A stretch of DNA of 32,000 nucleotides from Candidatus Saccharimonadota bacterium. Its GTDB lineage: Bacteria; Bacteroidota; Bacteroidia; Cytophagales; Amoebophilaceae. Positions 18,991 through 26,457 of this stretch are shown piece after piece. The stretch spans positions 1,080,001 to 1,112,000 of the forward strand of contig NZ_OW441264.1 in assembly GCF_936981045.1 (NCBI RefSeq). Reading direction: 5' to 3'. A model generated the notes under the pieces. It was not told the DNA's origin. It did no database searches and saw only the letters and a list, made by a program, of their open reading frames with translations. The position numbers and the translations under genes are program-made. Each line of letters opens with the position of its first letter. Position 1 is the first letter of the stretch.

Positions 18991-19230
18991 ACGTGAGTTC
19001 GGGATTTATTTGACTGATTTACAACAATTTAATATCAATTATTTAGTTAATATTTACACCTATTTAATAAGTTTTTATATCTAATTTTATAAATATAATA
19101 TATATAATAAACTGATTATCAGAATTATTTTTTATTCAACTACCTATTTAACTGTCTATAAAACAAATTTTATAAATTTTTGTTAATATTGATTATCAAA
19201 TGAAAAAATAATCTAATCCCGAACTCACGT
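18991..19230 (-). mobile_element. MITE C
   Basis: 240 bp, same orientation as MITE B. Flanked by ATATA on both sides (a possible 5-bp target duplication, weak in AT-rich DNA). It ends 4 nt before the ATG at 19235. Confidence 0.8.
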
Positions 19231-19234
19231 ATAT

Positions 19235-20041
19235 ATGTTTAAAGTAGCTACCTTATACAAATTTGTGCCCCTAGATGACCTAGTAGCGCTACAGAAGAAA
19301 CTTCAATCTATATGCAAAGCACTAACCGGCACACTGCTGATTGCTTCAGAAGGGATTAATGGTACCATTGCTGGCCTGCCTGATCTACTAGACGATGCCA
19401 TCGCCCAGATAGAAGCCATTCCATCATTTGGTGACTTGTGGTATCAATATTCCAAAGCTAACCATAAGCCATTTCGTCTCTTAAAGGTTAGGATTAAAAA
19501 GGAAATTATAGCCATGCACCAACCGGAGGTCCCATCCATGCTACGACGTGGCCACTGCGTCTTAGCTTCAGACTGGAACAATAGGATGGATCAGTCAGCT
19601 GTTGTAATTGACGTTCGCAACGATTACGAACATCGATTGGGAAGTTTTGAAGGGGCATTAAATCCTAAAACAACCTACTTTAGCCAATTCCCTGCCTTTG
19701 TTGAACAAAATTTAACCCCCTATAAAGATCAGCCTATTGCTATGTTTTGTACGGGAGGGATCAGATGTGAAAAGGCCTCTGCTTATATGCTTTCTAGTGG
19801 CTTCAAAGAGGTGTATCAACTAAGTGGTGGCATTCTACAATATTTAGCCCATACGCAAGAAGCGCTATCCAGATGGAAAGGGGAATGTTTTGTTTTTGAC
19901 GAACGCATATCCCTAGGTCATGGATTAAAAAAAGGCAGTAGCCTGCTTTGCTATGGCTGCCGTATGCCTTTAACTACAGAAGATCTAGATGAAAATTACC
20001 AATCTGGTATTCGATGCAAATTTTGTCTAAAAGACAAATAG
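19235..20041 (+). CDS. trhO: Rhodanese-domain protein of the UPF0176/YceA (TrhO, tRNA U34 hydroxylase) family
   Basis: 268 aa. N-terminal ATLYKFVPL...LLIASEGINGTIAG, rhodanese active-site loop FCTGGIRCEKA, and a C-terminal Cys cluster CYGC...CKFC. Confidence 0.8.
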   Translation: MFKVATLYKFVPLDDLVALQKKLQSICKALTGTLLIASEGINGTIAGLPDLLDDAIAQIEAIPSFGDLWYQYSKANHKPFRLLKVRIKKEIIAMHQPEVPSMLRRGHCVLASDWNNRMDQSAVVIDVRNDYEHRLGSFEGALNPKTTYFSQFPAFVEQNLTPYKDQPIAMFCTGGIRCEKASAYMLSSGFKEVYQLSGGILQYLAHTQEALSRWKGECFVFDERISLGHGLKKGSSLLCYGCRMPLTTEDLDENYQSGIRCKFCLKDK

Positions 20042-20068
20042 ATCAGGCACTTATATTACATTTTTGCT

Positions 20069-20901
20069 GGTTCTGTCGCGTCTATAGTTTTCTTAGTATA
20101 GGTTTTTCGTTTAAGTCAAATTTTGGATATTATGCGGCCATTAAGATAGCAAAGTTCTCAAAAGTAGAAAGATGATTTTTAGCTCCTCTTACTTGTCCTT
20201 TTTGAATCATACGAATGTTTTCTATCCCTGAAATAGTAATGGAAGCAGAATAAAAATTCTTAAAACCCAGCATAGGTTTTATCCGTTTTTTGATAAACCT
20301 ATGATCTTGTTCAACTCTATTATTCAAATATTTGTTTTGAAATATTTGAATGGTATGATCTTGATCAAGATCTGTATTGATCGCATCAAGGGCAGCTTTA
20401 TTACTACCGCTTTTGTCAATTACTACTTTCTTAGGAATATTATTTTCTGTGATCGCCTTGCGAAAAAAAGAAAGCGTTGAAGACTTGTCTCTATGATCAG
20501 ATAGAAAAAAGTCAACTGTATCACCATAACGATCTACTGCTCTATATAAATAGATCCACTTCCCGTTTAGTTTAACATAGGTTTCATCCATTTTCCAACT
20601 ACTACCAATTGGTCGTTTTCTTTTTCTTACTGCTTTATCTATCAGAGGAACAAACTTAATAACCCATCTCTGTAGCGTAGAATGATCAACTCTTGCGCCT
20701 CTCATACGCATCATCTCTTCCAAATCTCTATAGCTCAAGGAAAAACGACACTTCATGTATACAAATAACAGGATGACTTCTGATGAAGAACAATAACCTT
20801 TAAAATATGGTAATAACTCGGGAGAAATATTAAACATAATAACTACTTTTTTAAATACCGATACTAAAATAATCATTTTTTAGAATAAACGCGACAGAAC
20901 C
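20069..20901 (-). mobile_element. IS6-family IS, complete (833 bp)
   Basis: Inverted repeats GGTTCTGTCGCGTCTATAG (20069..) and AATAAACGCGACAGAACC (..20901). No matching 8-bp direct repeat in the flanks. Confidence 0.85.
20130..20837 (-). CDS. IS6-family transposase, intact (235 aa from MFNISP)
   Basis: HTH region LSYRDLEEMMRMRGARVDHSTLQRWV, DDE core WKMDETYVKLNGKWIYLYRAVD, VIDKSGSNKAA and NNRVEQDHRFIKKR. The track ORF starts 13 codons further upstream. Confidence 0.85.
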   Translation of the reverse strand: MFNISPELLPYFKGYCSSSEVILLFVYMKCRFSLSYRDLEEMMRMRGARVDHSTLQRWVIKFVPLIDKAVRKRKRPIGSSWKMDETYVKLNGKWIYLYRAVDRYGDTVDFFLSDHRDKSSTLSFFRKAITENNIPKKVVIDKSGSNKAALDAINTDLDQDHTIQIFQNKYLNNRVEQDHRFIKKRIKPMLGFKNFYSASITISGIENIRMIQKGQVRGAKNHLSTFENFAILMAA

Positions 20902-21110
20902 GTTTTACTCGTTACTCCCTATTTGGACGATAATTCAACTAGTGTTCAATCTTCTTTTAGTAAAGCGAATACTATTTTAGTCTTTTCTTCCGAACTAAAA
21001 TTTCTAATCTTATTTCTGACCATTAGATAGCTCTATTTTAATATCATTAAACTAAAATATACAGAAACAAATTATCATCTTTTTTGTCCGAATTTTTCAG
21101 TCCAGTATAA

Positions 21111-21126
21111 TAGACGCGACAGAACC
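21111..21126. mobile_element. Solo IS6-type terminal repeat (TAGACGCGACAGAACC)
   Basis: Exact reverse complement of the left IR GGTTCTGTCGCGTCTA. The 209 nt (20902..21110) separating it from the intact IS6 do not resemble the IS6 interior. Confidence 0.55.
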
Positions 21127-21233
21127 CTTGCTTATCCCATCTTTAACTGTCTCTTTTCTTTTCATTGTTTTAAGTATTTTAGTTTATCTAAATATATAAC
21201 CCGAAATATATTTACACACTTAAAACAAAAGAC
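21127..21233 (-). mobile_element. 107-bp 5' remnant of the type A IS256-like element
   Basis: Aligns with 743..849. It retains the ATG at 21163..21165 and the first ~12 codons (MKRKETVKDGISK). It is fused directly to the solo IS6 IR. Confidence 0.7.
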
Positions 21234-21548
21234 TTGGCTGCAAGGTGTGCGTTCTGATCGCACCTTTTTACAAGCAGCGGTTTTCTTGTTTTGGGGTAGT
21301 CTTGCCATACTGCTGCATAGATACCATTGCCACAAGGTTGGACGGGTACACCTTTTCTTTATATTGCATTTTATTAAAGCAAGAACGGTAACCTCCCAGA
21401 GGCTTAAAATAAGGAAGGAAAGGCTGGAAGAACAGCAGCAGGGTTATAGGCATAAACCTGCTGTCTGTCCTTTCAGTTCAAATAACGCGCTTTTTCCATT
21501 ACGTAGCAACGTGGGTGTTTGTTTTTATCTATTGAAATTGTGTTAGAT
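21234..21548. repeat. Partial copy (R5) of the long intergenic repeat, left end cut by the IS256-A terminus
   Basis: GCAAGGTGTGCGTTCTGATCGCACCTTTTTACAAGCAGCGGTTTTCTTG parallels the reverse complement of 7271..7320. TAGATACCATTGCCACAAGG parallels the reverse complement of 7149..7168. It is GC-richer than the surrounding spacers. Confidence 0.5.
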
Positions 21549-22697
21549 TTATGCAGATGCTGCTCCTCCAGAAGAAGCTATTGAATCTACTATCCCGCGC
21601 AATATATCAGCATAGCCTTTCTTGATTGTGCCATTATTTTCTAATACATTAATTTCATTAGTAATAATTGCCCACTGGTTTCTATTCAAATTATCTTTTA
21701 CAGCCCATAAGACAATTTTGAACATATTGCGGTTTTCGTTAGGGATGTGGACCCATTTTTGTTTAATATGCTTAGGTAAATAAGCACTAGCCAACACAGT
21801 ATACCCTTTTTTATCTTTATCAAAAAGTTTAGTAATGGCCGTTGTCTTATTACTTAAACTACATATTTTTTCAAATAATGCCTTAAATGCATTTTGATTA
21901 TTATCACGCGCAGCTATATGTAGTAGTCCCTTTCCTTTTTGATCCATCACATAGAAATCGTTTAAGGTAGTAAGCTTGCTGACTAGACGTGTTACTACAG
22001 TGTTAAGACCATGTTTAGTTGCTAAGTAGAGAGGTGTCTCTAATTTTTTATTTTTTACCTTTAAACCTTCCTCAGGGAGCTTATCAATTAGTAATAGAGT
22101 TATATCTTCAAACTTTTTTTCAATTGCCAAGTGTAGTGGATAGGCACCTGAAGGTAAGTCTTTTTCCCCAATCTTTATCTTGGGATGCTTCAATAAGATC
22201 CCAGCTATATTTTTCTTGCCCCTAGATAGGGCTACGAAAAGTGATTTTGAAGTTGTTGTTGCTTTATTGATGTCAATGTATGGGCATGTAGCGAGCAGTT
22301 TGACAATTTCTGTATAACCATTTATTATAGCTATACCCAATGCAGTTGTTTTGCTACTGGTATTATATGAATTTGGGAAGTTAGGATCACTATGACTTGC
22401 ATGGTCCTCCAAATCCTTATTAATGCGTGCTACAATGCCTTTCACTTTTTGAAGATCGTTGTGTTCTACTGCAACGTATAGCCAGTTCTTGCCTGTTTCA
22501 TCTGTTTTACTAATATCTTTTCTATCCTCTATTTCTTTCAAGAATTGGTTGTCATTTGTATGATTTAATGTGTAATTATATGTTCCACCTGAGTGGCAAG
22601 CCCTGCCTTGCAAAGCAAGTGATAGCGATAAAGCGGTAATCCCTTGTACAAATAGGCCAGATCGTTTATTTTTACTATTTACATTAACCTCTTTCAT
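21549..22697 (-). CDS. Ankyrin-repeat protein with an N-terminal signal-like hydrophobic segment
   Basis: 382 aa. N-terminus KRSGLFVQGITALSLSLALQG. ANK-like units NWLYVAVEHNDLQKVKGIV, TALGIAIINGYTEIVKLL, YPLHLAIEKKFEDITLLL, TPLYLATKHGLNTVVTRLV and GLLHIAARDNNQNAFKAL. Confidence 0.85.
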   Translation of the reverse strand: MKEVNVNSKNKRSGLFVQGITALSLSLALQGRACHSGGTYNYTLNHTNDNQFLKEIEDRKDISKTDETGKNWLYVAVEHNDLQKVKGIVARINKDLEDHASHSDPNFPNSYNTSSKTTALGIAIINGYTEIVKLLATCPYIDINKATTTSKSLFVALSRGKKNIAGILLKHPKIKIGEKDLPSGAYPLHLAIEKKFEDITLLLIDKLPEEGLKVKNKKLETPLYLATKHGLNTVVTRLVSKLTTLNDFYVMDQKGKGLLHIAARDNNQNAFKALFEKICSLSNKTTAITKLFDKDKKGYTVLASAYLPKHIKQKWVHIPNENRNMFKIVLWAVKDNLNRNQWAIITNEINVLENNGTIKKGYADILRGIVDSIASSGGAASA

Positions 22698-22931
22698 ATC
22701 TAAATTTGTTTAATTGTTTTTTGATAACCCCCCTGCTTCCTCTTTAGATCAAGGGAAGCTTACTTTCCTTTACTTCATTAATAAGCAATCCATTCTAAAA
22801 AAACTAGATTGTATCTAATTATTTTGCAATTGTAAGGTAGATTGCGGTTGCGCATTTGATTTTAGGGTGCTTGCATCTGGATCAAAACGTTAAAGTTTTT
22901 AATATATTTAGATGCTATTATTTTATGTCCT

Positions 22932-25535
22932 ATGTCAAAACCAGTTGAGCCAACACCATTAATGCGGCAGTATTTTGCCATTAAGGGAAAATATCCTGGG
23001 GCATTGTTATTGTTTCGAGTGGGTGATTTTTACGAAACTTTTTTAGAAGATGCGGTTAAGACTAGTAAAGTCTTAGGTATTGCGCTTACGAAGCGATCTA
23101 ATGGCTCGGCTGCTAGTGTGGAACTGGCTGGTTTTCCCCACCATGCTTTGGATCTTTATTTACCCAAACTGGTAAAAGCAGGCTATCGGGTAGCCATTTG
23201 TGATCAATTAGAGGATCCTAAACAAGCCAAGGGCATTGTACAGAGGGGGGTTACCGAATTGGTTACGCCTGGTCTTTCTTTTAGTGAAGCAGTTTTAGAT
23301 AAAAGGGCTAATCATTACCTAGCATCCATTTTTTTTGACAAAGGGATACTGGGTATGGCCTTCTTGGATCTTTCTACAGGGGAATTTTTTGTAACGCAAG
23401 GCGCCTCTGATTACATACAGAAAGTCTTGCATCATTTGGCGCCATCTGAAGTTATTTTTAATAAAAAACAGCAAAATGTATGGAATAATTTTACGCAGAA
23501 TCTGTTTCATACCTATGCCCTAGATGAGTGGGTATTTCAGTTGGAGTATGCCTATGGTTTGCTGAATAGCCATTTTGGAACCCACTCCTTAAAAGGTTTT
23601 GGCATCGCAGACTATCCTGCCGCTATTGTAGCAGCTGGTGTTGTTTTACACTATTTATCTGAAACGGAACATAAAGAAATCAAACATATTCGTTCGATTG
23701 TCCGACTACAAGAACACCAGTATGTTTGGATGGATCCATTTACTGTTAAGGCCTTGGAGTTGATGGTGCCGCAGCAAGTAGGGGGAACCGCATTGATTGA
23801 AATATTAGATAGAACGGTGACCCCTATGGGGGCACGACTGCTTAAAAAATGGTTGCTGTTTCCGCTTAAGGCGGTGGTACCGATTCAAAAACGGCTGGCT
23901 ATAGTGGAATACCTTTCAGAAGATGCTGAATGGGCAGCATCATTAGTCAGCTATTTGAAAAAAATAGGTGATATAGAACGGCTTATTTCCAAAGTAGCGG
24001 TGGGTAGAGTGAATCCACGGGAAATGGTGGCCTTAAAAAGGGCATTGGAACAAGTACAATGCATACAAAAAACGCTGCAAGCGACTTCGTCTTCTTTATT
24101 ACAAAAACTGAATGCACAGCTCCATGGATGTCCCTCTTTGGTGGAAAGTATCCACCATACCCTTCAGGAAGATCCGCCTATCCTTACCCATCAAGGGGGA
24201 CTCATTCGGCCGCATGTCAACGATCAGCTGGATGTGTTAAATAAAATTATTTACGAGGGTAAAGATTATTTAGTCCAGCTGCAACAAAAAGAAAGCAAGC
24301 GTACCAATATTCCTTCCCTCAAAGTCTCTTATAACCGCGTATTTGGCTATTACCTTGAAGTACCTAATGCGCATAAAAACAAAGTGCCCCCAGATTGGAT
24401 TCGCAAACAAACCTTAGCTGGTGTAGAACGCTATATTACCGACACGTTAAAACAGTATGAAGAAAAGATCTTACATGCAGGGGAAGAGGCGCAGCTGTTG
24501 GAACAACAACTCTATCAAGCATTGGTAGAGGAGGCAGTAGCATATATTCCACAGATTCAAGAAAATGCAAAGCATATCGCACAATTGGATTGCTATCTTT
24601 CCTTTGCCAAACAGGCCTGTGAGCAGCATTATAGCAAGCCTATCATAGATGAGGGTACCCTGCTGCATCTTAAAGGGAACCGGCATCCTGTTATTGAGCA
24701 GCGACTACCTGTAGACAAAACCTATACGCCCAATGATATTTGTTTAGACCCATCAGAACAGCAAATCATAGTGATTACAGGGCCTAATATGGCTGGTAAA
24801 TCAGCCCTCTTGCGTCAGGTTGCGCTAACCGTATTAATGGCGCAAATGGGTTCTTTTGTACCAGCGGCCTGGGCCCATATTGGGGTGGTAGATAAAATAT
24901 TTACAAGAGTAGGTGCATCGGATAACTTGGCCCAAGGAGAATCTACTTTTATGATGGAAATGGTCGAAACTGCCAGTATTATGCACAACCTTAGTGACCG
25001 TAGTTTGGTATTGATGGATGAGATAGGCCGTGGTACCAGTACCTATGATGGCATTTCTATTGCCTGGGCATTGGTAGAATATTTGCACAATCACCCACAG
25101 TATAGGCCTAAAACCCTTTTTGCTAGCCATTACCATGAGTTGAATGAGCTTGCAAAAGAACTTCCTAGGGTTAAAAACTTTAATGTTGCGGTGCAAGAAA
25201 TAGATCGAAAGATTCTATTTCTCCATAAATTGGTGGCTGGAGGTAGTGCGCATAGCTTTGGCATTCATGTTGCTCAAATGGCTGGTATGCCCTCTATGAT
25301 TTTGGAAAGGGCCAGGGAAGTATTGGCGCACCTATCGCAAGTAGGCGGTAAGATGCATGCAAAGATAGAAGCGTTTCCAAAAGGGCAATATCAGCTCAAA
25401 CTTTTTGGTCCAGATGAGGACTTAAGTGGCCTCAAAGCACTCTTAGAAGCTATTGATATCAGTGCCCTTTCTCCAATAGAAGCCTTGTTAAAATTGAATG
25501 ACCTCAAAAATATGGTTAAAGGTTTTAAAAGCTAG
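22932..25535 (+). CDS. mutS: DNA mismatch repair protein MutS
   Basis: 867 aa. N-terminal TPLMRQYFAIKGKYPGALLLFRVGDFYETF, Walker A GPNMAGKS, STFMMEM and DEIGRGTSTYDG. Confidence 0.95.
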   Translation: MSKPVEPTPLMRQYFAIKGKYPGALLLFRVGDFYETFLEDAVKTSKVLGIALTKRSNGSAASVELAGFPHHALDLYLPKLVKAGYRVAICDQLEDPKQAKGIVQRGVTELVTPGLSFSEAVLDKRANHYLASIFFDKGILGMAFLDLSTGEFFVTQGASDYIQKVLHHLAPSEVIFNKKQQNVWNNFTQNLFHTYALDEWVFQLEYAYGLLNSHFGTHSLKGFGIADYPAAIVAAGVVLHYLSETEHKEIKHIRSIVRLQEHQYVWMDPFTVKALELMVPQQVGGTALIEILDRTVTPMGARLLKKWLLFPLKAVVPIQKRLAIVEYLSEDAEWAASLVSYLKKIGDIERLISKVAVGRVNPREMVALKRALEQVQCIQKTLQATSSSLLQKLNAQLHGCPSLVESIHHTLQEDPPILTHQGGLIRPHVNDQLDVLNKIIYEGKDYLVQLQQKESKRTNIPSLKVSYNRVFGYYLEVPNAHKNKVPPDWIRKQTLAGVERYITDTLKQYEEKILHAGEEAQLLEQQLYQALVEEAVAYIPQIQENAKHIAQLDCYLSFAKQACEQHYSKPIIDEGTLLHLKGNRHPVIEQRLPVDKTYTPNDICLDPSEQQIIVITGPNMAGKSALLRQVALTVLMAQMGSFVPAAWAHIGVVDKIFTRVGASDNLAQGESTFMMEMVETASIMHNLSDRSLVLMDEIGRGTSTYDGISIAWALVEYLHNHPQYRPKTLFASHYHELNELAKELPRVKNFNVAVQEIDRKILFLHKLVAGGSAHSFGIHVAQMAGMPSMILERAREVLAHLSQVGGKMHAKIEAFPKGQYQLKLFGPDEDLSGLKALLEAIDISALSPIEALLKLNDLKNMVKGFKS

Positions 25536-25606
25536 CCACAAAAGTGGATAACTATTTTGAAAACAAAGAATCTTTAAGTAAATTCGACCTATTATGTAGT
25601 GTATAA

Positions 25607-25679
<73 letters not shown>

Positions 25680-25786
25680 CGTCTGATCTATTTGGGTAAA
25701 CCATCAACTATTTCTTGCTATTACTAGTAGTTGAGCGGATGGTGCACTTATTTTTGTGTGTGCTGTCTTCACAGCCATGCAGCTTT

Positions 25787-25869
25787 GCCAGGATGGTGGA
25801 ACTGGTATACACGCAAGACTTAAAATCTTGTGGCTTTTGGCCATGCGGGTTCGATTCCCGCTCCTGGTA
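25787..25869 (+). tRNA. tRNA-Leu (anticodon TAA), class II with a long variable arm
   Basis: Acceptor GCCAGGA/TCCTGGT (G1-T72 wobble), anticodon arm CAAGA-CTTAAAA-TCTTG, variable arm TGGCTTTTGGCCAT, T arm GCGGG-TTCGATT-CCCGC. Confidence 0.8.
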
Positions 25870-25899
25870 CACATTCTACTCTTTTTGCTTGTTGTATTG

Positions 25900-26184
25900 A
25901 TGGACTTTTGCGCTATTTCCTTTTTAGATGTTGTGTCATGCATCGCTTCATCTACAGCAGTACTTTCTCTTCTTCCGCAGATTATACAGTCATATAGAAC
26001 CAAATCTGTTCATGATGTTTCCATGTTGATGCTCTTAAACCTAACCGTTTCTTCGGTCAGCTGGACCCTTTATGGAGCAATGACCGCTGATAAACCATTG
26101 TTGCTAACCAATTTGTTGCTCACAATTGGTTCTTTGATTATGGTGTGGCTCAAACGAAAATACTGTTCAGCTGAACGTCCATAA
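25900..26184 (+). CDS. SemiSWEET / PQ-loop small membrane transporter (94 aa)
   Basis: Three predicted TM segments and the PQ motif LLPQIIQSYRTKS. The first 48 codons of track ORF 25756..26184 overlap tRNA-Leu, so I start at MDFCAISF. Confidence 0.7.
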   Translation: MDFCAISFLDVVSCIASSTAVLSLLPQIIQSYRTKSVHDVSMLMLLNLTVSSVSWTLYGAMTADKPLLLTNLLLTIGSLIMVWLKRKYCSAERP

Positions 26185-26400
26185 GGACTTTGTATGCTAC
26201 TTTTTACCTATCTATTGAGCGGTACGGCCATGCAAAAAAATAAAAAAGCGCCCCTTGTAAAAAGTTGCTCAACTTCTTGTACAGGGCTTGACTTTTTGCA
26301 CACTTTTTGATCAAGAAAAAAGTGTGCTATAAATGCCTTTTTTACCACTGACTTGAATGGATACACTTTTTGTTTGATCAAAAAGTAACATACACAACCC
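26185..26400. repeat. Nested-palindrome intergenic repeat cluster R2
   Basis: The left terminus GGACTTTGTATGCTACTTTTT is inverted relative to the right terminus AAAAAGTAACATACACAACCC. Internal CCCCTTGTAAAAAGTTGC. Hairpins GCACACTTTTTGATCAAGAAAAAAGTGTGC (26298..26327) and ACTTTTTGTTTGATCAAAAAGT (26365..26386). Confidence 0.6.
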
Positions 26401-26457
26401 TTCTATTTATTTACTTACCTGCACTTTATGTGCATCTGCAAGTTCTGCTTCATGTTT

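Noticed and set aside
16210-19230. Repeated AT-rich ~240-bp units considered as a CRISPR-like or tandem array
   Set aside because: The units are far too long and occur in both orientations. They are separated by 355 nt and 1.9 kb of unrelated sequence and end in IS982-type inverted repeats. They are MITEs, not CRISPR repeats.
21243-21272. GTGCG at 21248..21252 as a group II intron 5' end, or GGTGTGCG..CGCACC plus TTTTT as an intrinsic terminator
   Set aside because: The segment aligns with the foldback arm of the R1 repeat (7298..7330, inverted), so it is part of a repeat. No downstream intron domains were seen, and no plus-strand gene ends upstream of it.
25704-26003. ORFs overlapping the tRNA-Leu gene (25704..26003 minus, 25715..25900 plus, and the first 48 codons of 25756..26184)
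   Set aside because: They run through a well-folding tRNA and its spacer. Only the PQ-loop part from 25900 looks like a real protein.
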